From contig CAXGAI010000020.1 of the NCBI GenBank assembly GCA_964007735.1, positions 1 to 64,000 on the forward strand: 64,000 nucleotides of DNA. Reading direction: 5' to 3'. Made by a program: the position numbers and the translations under genes. Below the pieces are notes generated by a model. That model made no database searches and was not told where the DNA came from. It saw only the letters and a list, made by a program, of their open reading frames with translations. The stretch is from an uncultured Rhodopirellula sp. Its GTDB lineage: Bacteria; Planctomycetota; Planctomycetia; Pirellulales; Pirellulaceae. This document shows, one piece after another, positions 10,025-18,242 of the stretch; the first letter of the stretch is position 1; every line of letters begins with the position of its first letter.

Positions 10025-10288
10025 ATGGAATTATTGATTATCACAATGAGAATTTTGGCTCCGATTTGTTTGGTGCTTGGTCTCGGGCAAGAACTGGTGT
10101 TTGACGTAAAACGTAAATACCGTGAAAAAACATTACGCTACATAAAACTTCATATCACTATTTCGATTATTGCGATGATTGCCTTTGCCTTTATGGTTTC
10201 TCCAGACGGCGGAGTAAGTGGGAAAGTGTTTGTATTCGTGATACCAGGGATTTTTTATTTGTTATTCAAATTAAAGGGACGCAATTAG
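10025..10288 (+). CDS. Small hypothetical membrane protein
   Basis: 87 aa, about 3 hydrophobic segments, AT-rich. Confidence 0.55.
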   Translation: MELLIITMRILAPICLVLGLGQELVFDVKRKYREKTLRYIKLHITISIIAMIAFAFMVSPDGGVSGKVFVFVIPGIFYLLFKLKGRN

Positions 10289-10430
10289 GTCGCTTGAAAA
10301 GTTATCAAGGTTAACCAGACGCAATGCCGTGAACGAGTTTGTTCGGGCCTCGGTATCAGTTCTGCGATTTAAACGCTCACGCTATTGTTGGGGCTAGCAC
10401 TGAGTCGGTATTTATTAGAAAGATGTAAGG

Positions 10431-10826
10431 ATGGACGAACTCACTTCAACAATTGACATGCTCTACTTCCTGTTATGTTTGGCGTTTGGCGGTTTTGTTT
10501 TGTTTGTATTCAAAGTGCTAAAGAAGAATGGTTGCCCTCGAGCCTCACTGTTACTTCCACTCGCGGTTTATTTAGTGTTCTGGCACTCCTGGATCTATCA
10601 GCGATTTAACCTAGCTCCCGAAAGTTTCTATGACAGTTTCTTGGGGACCGTTTATTGGTTCGCGCATGATGCGGTATTGTTTGCTTTTGTGGGCATCGCT
10701 TTGGTGCCACTTCTGGGGTGTTCGGTGAAACGAAGTGAGCCTGCAGGAAATACCTATCTTGGTTCAGAAAGAGCTGATTCTGACGGATTTACGGACTTAG
10801 GTGAGGTATTTCCTGAGAGCTATTAG
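10431..10826 (+). CDS. Small hypothetical membrane protein
   Basis: 131 aa, 3 hydrophobic segments, acidic tail. Confidence 0.6.
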   Translation: MDELTSTIDMLYFLLCLAFGGFVLFVFKVLKKNGCPRASLLLPLAVYLVFWHSWIYQRFNLAPESFYDSFLGTVYWFAHDAVLFAFVGIALVPLLGCSVKRSEPAGNTYLGSERADSDGFTDLGEVFPESY

Positions 10827-10878
10827 GCCATGTATTTCCCGAAATGCGGTTGGTAGACGAGAAGTGGCATTAGGAGGT

Positions 10879-10907
10879 TTGAAGGGACTCTTGAGATTGG
10901 GTAAACT
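10879..10907 (+). promoter_or_regulatory. Putative sigma70 promoter for the PPC/WD40 genes
   Basis: TTGAAG-N17-TAAACT. Confidence 0.45.
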
Positions 10908-11045
10908 AAAGGTGCTGTAATTCGTTACGCTCAACAGGCATGGATCGCCCAACTATAAGAGCCCCCGCCTATGAATTCGTGGCAGACGTAAGGTTGCGTT
11001 TGTGCACAAGAAGTTGATTACCGTCCAATCGATACAGGTTTGAAC

Positions 11046-13790
11046 ATGAAACGTCTCGTACTTTTACTACTCGTAGTTTCGGGCATTCTGAATACTACAA
11101 GCGTCTACGGTCAGTTGGCAATCAATGAATTGCACCGTGTTGTTCCTAATGGAGCGAAGCAGGGCACCGAATTGGAAGTTACTGTGGGAGGTGCGTTTAA
11201 TGATGATCTGACTCGTATGGTTTTCAACCACCCAGGAATTACTGCCGAACAGAAAATGACTCCGGCCGGTGAGTTTGATCCGGGGCCAACACCGGTAAAT
11301 AACACTTTTCTAGTTAAGGTTGCGGGTGATGTCCTCGCTGGTACCTATGAAGCCCGGATTGTAGGTCGCTTTGGGGTTTCGAATCCCCGCCCTTTTCAAA
11401 TCAGTTTAGGGGAAGAAGTAAAGGATAATGCAGCAAATCGTTCTAGGGATACAGCTCAGGAAGTAGCGATTGGCAATGTGATCACCGGAACGACTGAAGC
11501 GAGTAATATAGATTACTACAAAGTCCATCTGACCGCGGGTCAGCGAGTGATCGTGGATTGCTGGGCCAGTCGGCTGGATTCACGAGCGAATGTTTCGCTG
11601 GTCCTATTTGACGCGGGCGGAACTCAAATCGCGGTGAGTCATGATCATAATGGCTATGACCCGTTATTGGATATTACTGCGGAGGCTGAGGCGGACTATT
11701 TGATCGGAGTCTATGATTTTGTATATGCCGGTGGTGGAGACCACACTTATCGCCTGCATGTCACCGATGGTCCGGTTGTCGATTATGTCGTGCCGTCTTC
11801 GGGTGCTGCTGGTAGTAATGGTAGTTACACAATTGTCGGCCGAAACCTGCCCGGTGGTAAGCCTTTGGAGGGTGTAACTCTCAACGGTGCACAGTTGCAA
11901 TCGCTTCAGACCAACGTTCAAATTCCTGCTGACCTGGGTGTTAGTGGGCTGGGGGTTCAGAAGATGGTTACATCGCGGATTCCCCGAGCCGCCACAACCG
12001 CGGCGGGTGTGGCCGTGGTTATGAATGTCTCGGATCTTCCATCAGTGGTGGAATCCGGCGATAACGACGAGGCTTCGCAGGCGACAAAGATTCCCGTTCC
12101 GGTGAACGTCTCCGGGCAGTTCTACCCGGCCCGCGATGTGGATTGGTATGAATTTGATGCGCCTCAGGGCGCGGTCTTTTGGATAGATCTTGTTAGTCAC
12201 CAGTTAGGATTGCCAACCGATCCGTCGATTCTCCTGCATCGTGTTGTAAAGAATGACGCAGGAGAAGAAACAGTCACCGTCGTCGCCAGCGTAGACGATC
12301 CGGGCGATCGTAATGGACGCATTGGCCAAGATTATGACGATTCTACGGATGATCCATCTTATAAGTTCACGAGCCCTGCCGAAGGGACTTATCGTATTCG
12401 CGTGTTAGATAATTTTGGGGTTAACCGGAATGATCCTCGCATGCAATATGAGCTTCGTATACGACCGGAGAATCCACGGGTTCGGCTGACAGCGGAGCTG
12501 CGACAATTGAAAACAGCCAATGCAAATGAAATTAAAATGTTCGCACCCGCTATTCGTAAATCAGGTACCTTGCTCGTTAATGTCCGGGTTGAACGTTTAG
12601 AAGGGTACGCGGGTGACATTCGCGTAAAGGCGGAAGGCCTTCCGGCCGGTGTGACCTGTAGTGAAGTCGTGATCGGCGCTAACCAGACGATAGGCAATCT
12701 GATCTTTGTAGCTTCATCCGATGTTAAATCCTGGCAAGGGGAAATCAAGCTTGTCGGCAGCATCGATGTTGATGGGCAGGCGGTTAATGTTCCCGTGAAT
12801 TATGGAGCAGTCAGTTGGGGCACAGCAAATAAGACACAGATTCCTGCTTATTATCGTTCGGTCAACGAGTTTTGGCTTTCCGTCATCGATGTTGACGATG
12901 ATCCGGCCTTTGTCTCGGTTGGTGATGGGGCTGTTCTGGAGACCTCCCGAGGAGGTTCCTTGGATGTTCCCATTAAGATAGCACGCGGAGAAGGAATAGC
13001 CGGCGACCTCAAATTTATAGCGACGAACGTTCCCGGTGAAGTTAAGCCGGCCGACGTTACGATTAAAGCGGCAGAAAATGAGCAAACACTTGCTGTACGC
13101 CTCACAAACGCAAATGCAAAGCCGGGGCTTTACACGTTCTATCTCAAAGCCGACGGTAAGGTCAAGCGAGCCCCTAATCCAGCGGTCGTCGTGCGCGCTC
13201 AGGCAAAGGTTGACCACATCGCGAGTCTTCAGGAAGCTGCCAATGCGGAGGTTGAAGCAAAGACGAAAGCTCGCGACGAAGCAGCTGAAGATGGTAAAGC
13301 GGCTGCTGAAGAAGCACTAAAAGCTGCTCAGGATAAAAAGAAGCGAACTGACGATGCGAAAACAGCTGCGGATAAGGCCTTGGCTGATTCCCAGAAGGCT
13401 CAAGCAGCGAAAGACGTCAATGTGGCAGTCGTTTCCACCCCTATTACACTTAATGTTGTCAGCTCCCCTTTCACGGTGGTGGAAGCCTCTGGCGCCGTCA
13501 AGGCGGGTGAAAAAGTACAAGTGAAAGTTGCGATTCAACGCCAATACGGTTTTGTTGACCCGGTTGATCTCACGATTAAATTGCCGGGAGGAGTAGCGGG
13601 TGTGACTGCTGCAAAATTACAAATTGCAAAAGATGCAACCGAAGGCGTGTTGGAGGTTAATGCGGCGGCCAATGCAACTGTTGGCGAGCATTCGGTCGAA
13701 CTCAATGGTGCTGGGAAGTTTAATAACGTTCCGGTTACCGGACAAACAACTCTTAAATTAAACGTCGCTGCTGCAGCTGCCGCTCAGTAA
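11046..13790 (+). CDS. Secreted PPC (pre-peptidase C-terminal) domain protein, planctomycete type, with Ig-like repeats and coiled-coil insert
   Basis: Signal peptide, GVSNPRPF, repeated DYY/DWY...L..G and DP motifs, Ala/Lys-rich helix near aa 715-790. ATG 11046 (TTG 11040 alternative). Confidence 0.85.
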   Translation: MKRLVLLLLVVSGILNTTSVYGQLAINELHRVVPNGAKQGTELEVTVGGAFNDDLTRMVFNHPGITAEQKMTPAGEFDPGPTPVNNTFLVKVAGDVLAGTYEARIVGRFGVSNPRPFQISLGEEVKDNAANRSRDTAQEVAIGNVITGTTEASNIDYYKVHLTAGQRVIVDCWASRLDSRANVSLVLFDAGGTQIAVSHDHNGYDPLLDITAEAEADYLIGVYDFVYAGGGDHTYRLHVTDGPVVDYVVPSSGAAGSNGSYTIVGRNLPGGKPLEGVTLNGAQLQSLQTNVQIPADLGVSGLGVQKMVTSRIPRAATTAAGVAVVMNVSDLPSVVESGDNDEASQATKIPVPVNVSGQFYPARDVDWYEFDAPQGAVFWIDLVSHQLGLPTDPSILLHRVVKNDAGEETVTVVASVDDPGDRNGRIGQDYDDSTDDPSYKFTSPAEGTYRIRVLDNFGVNRNDPRMQYELRIRPENPRVRLTAELRQLKTANANEIKMFAPAIRKSGTLLVNVRVERLEGYAGDIRVKAEGLPAGVTCSEVVIGANQTIGNLIFVASSDVKSWQGEIKLVGSIDVDGQAVNVPVNYGAVSWGTANKTQIPAYYRSVNEFWLSVIDVDDDPAFVSVGDGAVLETSRGGSLDVPIKIARGEGIAGDLKFIATNVPGEVKPADVTIKAAENEQTLAVRLTNANAKPGLYTFYLKADGKVKRAPNPAVVVRAQAKVDHIASLQEAANAEVEAKTKARDEAAEDGKAAAEEALKAAQDKKKRTDDAKTAADKALADSQKAQAAKDVNVAVVSTPITLNVVSSPFTVVEASGAVKAGEKVQVKVAIQRQYGFVDPVDLTIKLPGGVAGVTAAKLQIAKDATEGVLEVNAAANATVGEHSVELNGAGKFNNVPVTGQTTLKLNVAAAAAAQ

Positions 13791-13831
13791 CGGTTGATTG
13801 ATTAGGCCCTTTTTAATTGAAAGCTAGTTTT

Positions 13832-16800
13832 ATGAAACTTGCGAAAAATGTGTTTGCGTTTGGAATGTTTCTGAATATTTGCGTGTTTAGTGCAATCTCG
13901 GTAAATGCTGAAGATGGTGTCATTACAATTGAAGAGATTAAACGAGAAGACAAGGTGGATTTTGAAAAAGAAATCCTGCCAATCTTTCGGCAAAACTGTC
14001 TCGCCTGCCATAACTCAACCGACGCTGAGAGCGATCTAGTTATGGAAACCCCGGCTGCGTTGTTGACGGGTGGATTTGAAGGCCCTGCTGTCGTCCCGGG
14101 CAATGGCAAGGAAAGCCTTCTTGTCCAGCTGGCTTCGAGAGCGCGGGAATCGTTTATGCCCCCGGACGATAACGATGTCGGGGCAAAACAGCTATCGCCA
14201 AAACAACTTGGTTTGATCAAGCTGTGGATCGATCAGGGCGCGGAAGGTGAAGTGACTGGATCCGGTGGCCCCGTGGCATGGCAGCCATTGCCAGCTGGTG
14301 TGAACCCAATCTATGCTGTGGATATATCTCAGAATGGATTTTATGCAGCTGCCGGTCGTGCGAATCAGGTATTTCTTTATCATGTTCCTAGCCGTACGGA
14401 AATTGGTCGACTTTCAGATCCCGCCATTCTGGAGTCTGGTATCTACAAGAACCCCGGCGTGGCCTTCTTAGATATCGTTCAGTCGGTGGCATTTAGTCCT
14501 GATGGGAACCGTGTTGCTGCAGGTGGTTACAGGACGGTAAAACTTTGGGAACGCAATTCTAATTACAAGGCTGGCGATTTGCCGGCAACAGCGGACGTAC
14601 CGGTTAGTGCAGCCACCAGCACCGATGGTAAATACCTTGCCATTGGATTGACAAATGGCTCCGCTCAAGTTTTCGAGGTCGCCACTCAGAAATTGCTAAC
14701 TACGGTGGGTGGTCACGCAGGTCCGGTAAATGGAGTTTCCTTTAGTTCGGACGGCGCCAAGGTTGCGACAGGATCGGTTGATAAAACAGCGAAGGTGTTT
14801 AATGTCAGTGACGGAGCGGAATTAAGAGTGATTACTACATCTGCTGCGGTCAACGATGTAACTTTCGCCGTTGAAAATACTCTCATTGTGACAGCAAACG
14901 AAGATAACAAACTGCGAAGCTGGCCGTTGGTGGCCCCTGAAGTACCAGAGGGTGAAACTGAGCCCGCCGTGAAAGAACTAGCAGGGCATGGTGGTCCCGT
15001 TACTAGCGTTCAGTCATACGGAGCGCGTGGCGAACTTCTCGTTTCCGGCAGTAAAGACAATACAGCTCGCCTGTTTAATGCGGAAACTGGAGCCGCTGTA
15101 CGCTCATTTGCACATGGCGCGGCGGTAACTGGAGTGTCCGTCAATGCAGATGGTACGAAGATTGTTTCAGTCAGTGATAATAAAACGGGCAAGCTTTGGA
15201 CGGCAGCCGACGGTAAGATGATCGCTGAATTCAAAGGAGATTACCAGGCTGTCGAAAACGTGGCGGCGCTGCAACGAGGATCCACGTTGGCAAATCGCGT
15301 TCGCGATAACGCTAAAAAAGATCTTGACGACGCTAACGCTCGAAAGAAATCAGAGGATGACAATCTAACAAAAGTGAAGGAAGCCCTCACGAAAGCAGAA
15401 GAGGATTTGAAGGCCAAAACGGAGGCGGCTGTAAAGCCGAATGCCGATCTGAAGACGGCTGACGAAGCCCTTGTTGCTGCGAAAGCGGCTCAGGAAAAGT
15501 CGGTTGCCGATCAGGTTACTGCCCAAAAGGCTGTGGAGGATGCAGCAGCGGCATTGAAGACCACTCAAGAACTTCTAAAAGCGGCTCAGGCTGAACTGGC
15601 CGCGGCCGGTGATGATCAGGCCAAGAAGGACGCGGCGCAGGCTAAGGTCGACGGTGCTCAGCAAGCTGTGACGGATGCTACGGCAGCGCAGAAGACTGCG
15701 ACGGATGGCAAGAAAGCGGCGGACACGGCCGTTAATACATCGAATGCAGAACACAAGAAGGCAGAGGATGCTCAGAAAGCCGCCGCCACCGCAGCTCAAA
15801 AAGCGAATGATGAAAAGACTGCTTCTGAACGAGCTCAGGCGGCCGCCAAACGAAGTGTTGAGCGAGCCGAAACATCAGTGCAAAAAGCAGCCGACGCCAT
15901 TGTAGGTTTTGAAGCGACGCACAAGGGTGAAGAAGCAGTCGCGGTCTCAGCCAAGGAGATTGCTGATAAAGCTGCCGCTGAAGTTGCGGCTACGGAACAA
16001 CCCTATACATCGGTAGCTTTCACTGCCGATGGAAATATTGCCGTGGGTAGTGTTGACCAGCGAGTTTGGCTCTTTAGTGGTGAAAACGGAGCGCCGATAG
16101 ACGGTTTGGCCGCTACGGGCGCACCGGTTAAAGCAGTTGCTGTTGCTGGTAATCAAATTATTTCGGTTTCAGAAAATAAAGCTGTCGGATTATGGCATGC
16201 ATCAACGACCTGGAATCTGATTCAGACGATTGGTAGGCCGGATTCGGGCGATGTATTTGTTGATCGAGTGACAGCCCTGGACTTCAGTGCTGATGGGCAA
16301 CTACTTGCCGCAGCAGGGGGGGAACCTTCCCGAAGTGGCGAGATTAAGATCTTTAATGTTGAAGACGGCTCGCTCGTGATGGAGTTGGATGAACCTCATT
16401 CGGACACAGTGTTTGCAGTTGATTTCTCCCGAGACGGGCAGTATATCGCCTCTTGCGGTTCAGATCGGTTCATCAAAGTTTTCCAGGTTAATGACGGTTC
16501 ATTTGTTCGTTCCTTTGAAGGCCATACCCACCATGTCTTAGGTGTTGCCTGGAGTGCGGATGGTCGAGAACTAGCCAGTAGCGGGGCAGATATGGTTGTT
16601 AAAATCTGGGATTTTCGCACAGGAGATCAAAAACGTACGATCAGCGGATTTAGTAAGGAAGTGACTAGCATCAGCTATGTTGGTGATTCGATAAATGTTG
16701 TTGGCTCTTGCGGCGATAAGAATGTTCATATCAAGCGAGCTGACAATGGTGGAAACGTCCGAGCGTTGAGTGGCTCAACGGACTTCGTGTACAGTGTGGC

Positions 16801-16942
16801 GGCTAGTGCCGATGGCAAAATAGTAATCGCCGGTGGTCAGGACAGTACCGTACGATTCTGGCAGGCAGATAACGGTCAGTCAGTTGCGACGTTCGAAGCT
16901 CCACAGCCTGCAGGTGCCGTGGCTGAAGGTGATGGCGAATAG
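13832..16942 (+). CDS. Secreted planctomycete cytochrome-c domain + 14 WD40 repeats + long coiled-coil protein
   Basis: VDFEKEILPIFRQNCLACH heme motif, WIDQGA, 14 recognisable WD repeats, about 250-aa Ala/Lys/Glu-rich insert. ATG 13832 (TTG 13817 alternative). Confidence 0.9.
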   Translation: MKLAKNVFAFGMFLNICVFSAISVNAEDGVITIEEIKREDKVDFEKEILPIFRQNCLACHNSTDAESDLVMETPAALLTGGFEGPAVVPGNGKESLLVQLASRARESFMPPDDNDVGAKQLSPKQLGLIKLWIDQGAEGEVTGSGGPVAWQPLPAGVNPIYAVDISQNGFYAAAGRANQVFLYHVPSRTEIGRLSDPAILESGIYKNPGVAFLDIVQSVAFSPDGNRVAAGGYRTVKLWERNSNYKAGDLPATADVPVSAATSTDGKYLAIGLTNGSAQVFEVATQKLLTTVGGHAGPVNGVSFSSDGAKVATGSVDKTAKVFNVSDGAELRVITTSAAVNDVTFAVENTLIVTANEDNKLRSWPLVAPEVPEGETEPAVKELAGHGGPVTSVQSYGARGELLVSGSKDNTARLFNAETGAAVRSFAHGAAVTGVSVNADGTKIVSVSDNKTGKLWTAADGKMIAEFKGDYQAVENVAALQRGSTLANRVRDNAKKDLDDANARKKSEDDNLTKVKEALTKAEEDLKAKTEAAVKPNADLKTADEALVAAKAAQEKSVADQVTAQKAVEDAAAALKTTQELLKAAQAELAAAGDDQAKKDAAQAKVDGAQQAVTDATAAQKTATDGKKAADTAVNTSNAEHKKAEDAQKAAATAAQKANDEKTASERAQAAAKRSVERAETSVQKAADAIVGFEATHKGEEAVAVSAKEIADKAAAEVAATEQPYTSVAFTADGNIAVGSVDQRVWLFSGENGAPIDGLAATGAPVKAVAVAGNQIISVSENKAVGLWHASTTWNLIQTIGRPDSGDVFVDRVTALDFSADGQLLAAAGGEPSRSGEIKIFNVEDGSLVMELDEPHSDTVFAVDFSRDGQYIASCGSDRFIKVFQVNDGSFVRSFEGHTHHVLGVAWSADGRELASSGADMVVKIWDFRTGDQKRTISGFSKEVTSISYVGDSINVVGSCGDKNVHIKRADNGGNVRALSGSTDFVYSVAASADGKIVIAGGQDSTVRFWQADNGQSVATFEAPQPAGAVAEGDGE

Positions 16943-16962
16943 GATCTGTCGGGCAAGTTGTT

Positions 16963-18174
16963 TTAGCCGCTAGGCGACAACATAAATAGTCGCAGGCAGT
17001 TGATCGCCTGCTTGGCTGCCTTGGCAATGCGAATGTCGGAGTGCCCTGTGAACCGGAATTCTTCGATTTGCGTTTCCCGCTCACTTACGATCGCGACATG
17101 AATTAAGGGCCCAGCCTCCTTGGTTGATTCTATCACATCACCTACTACCATACTGAAGTGTGCGTCGTGAGAGTTGTGGAAATCCTTAGCAAGTTGTTCT
17201 AATTTGTCGGGTGTATAACCGTCGCATAGCGAACTGCGTAGCTCGCAGTGATCGATTGAATTTCCGATGTCGGCAACACTATGAAGGTTGTGGGAAACCA
17301 GTCCGCGCGTTCCGGATTCTAAGACTGCCAGGCGACAGTCAGAGTCAGAAAGCTGTTGGGCGACGATTTCCTGAATCTCACATTCGTGGTGAGCATAGAT
17401 GATATTCCCTAGACAGTTCTCGATTGTTTTGATGGTATCTGCGGCCTGCAACTCGCATTCTTCTGTAGTGTCACCTTCAGTGGTGATTCGTAGGGTAATG
17501 GTCGCGTAGCTTGCAGTGATCCCGACAGTCGGTTTGCGATCACGACGAATGATGTCTGGAAGAGCTCTTTCCATGTCGCTTTCCCCCATTCCGAAAGTTT
17601 TAATGACAAAGTGCTTGATCATACTCTTGCCGTTCGGATTCATCTCTAGAATGGCTGGCTCTACTGCTTGGCTCCACATTTGTTTCAGTTCGGCAGGTAC
17701 CCCAGGCAAGCAAAAGATGCGTTTGGAACCGCTGTCTTTCGCGACTTTGTGGTCGATGCCGGGAGCCGTTCCCTCAGGGTTATGCACGGGAATACTGCCA
17801 ACGGGAAATTGTGCCTGAGAAGCATTTTTTGGCGGCATTTCGCGACCACGTTTTGCGAACAGCTCTTTAATATGATCCAATTCGGCGTTGTCCTGATAGA
17901 GATCGACGCCGAGCGCAGACGCGAGAGATTCTCGGGTGAGGTCATCCGCCGTTGGTCCTAAGCCTCCCGTGGTTATGACCAGGTCAGCTCGGGTGATCGC
18001 GTGCTGAAATACGCTGATATTGGCAGCGAGGTCGTCTGCCACGGTGGTATGGAACAGGACTCGCACGCCAATGGCCCCCAGTTGTTGGCTGATCCACTGG
18101 CTATTCGTATCTAGCCGCTGGCCACTGGTTAACTCATCTCCGATGGAGATGATCTCTGCTATTAAATAGGGCAT
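16963..18174 (-). CDS. cinA: CinA-family protein (MoCF-biosynthesis-like N-terminal domain + degenerate PncC domain)
   Basis: AEIISIGDEL, DTNS, TGGLGPTADDLT, GTAPG, LPGVPAEL. Start chosen at ATG 18174. Confidence 0.9.
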   Translation of the reverse strand: MPYLIAEIISIGDELTSGQRLDTNSQWISQQLGAIGVRVLFHTTVADDLAANISVFQHAITRADLVITTGGLGPTADDLTRESLASALGVDLYQDNAELDHIKELFAKRGREMPPKNASQAQFPVGSIPVHNPEGTAPGIDHKVAKDSGSKRIFCLPGVPAELKQMWSQAVEPAILEMNPNGKSMIKHFVIKTFGMGESDMERALPDIIRRDRKPTVGITASYATITLRITTEGDTTEECELQAADTIKTIENCLGNIIYAHHECEIQEIVAQQLSDSDCRLAVLESGTRGLVSHNLHSVADIGNSIDHCELRSSLCDGYTPDKLEQLAKDFHNSHDAHFSMVVGDVIESTKEAGPLIHVAIVSERETQIEEFRFTGHSDIRIAKAAKQAINCLRLFMLSPSG

Positions 18175-18229
18175 GTTGTTAGTACTCGTAGTTAGCGATT
18201 TTCGGGGTGGGGGCTTATTTAACAGCAAG

Positions 18230-18235
18230 TATAAT
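18230..18235 (+). promoter_or_regulatory. Consensus -10 box 7 nt before the ATPase ATG (candidate leaderless promoter)
   Basis: TATAAT-cgattta-ATG with no SD. Confidence 0.5.
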
Positions 18236-18242
18236 CGATTTA

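Noticed and set aside
8542..10904. TTGGGTAA at both sides of the ORFan islet as a possible att/target duplication
   Set aside because: Only 8 bp, expected by chance, overlaps a likely -10 box, and no recombinase is nearby.
11372..11388. GGGGTTTCGAATCCCC resembling a tRNA T-arm
   Set aside because: It has an extra base, no D or anticodon arms, and encodes the GVSNPR motif inside the PPC gene.
15240..15995. Repetitive-looking GCG/GCT/AAG-rich DNA as a repeat array
   Set aside because: Explained by the Ala/Lys coiled-coil coding bias; no exact nucleotide repeat unit.
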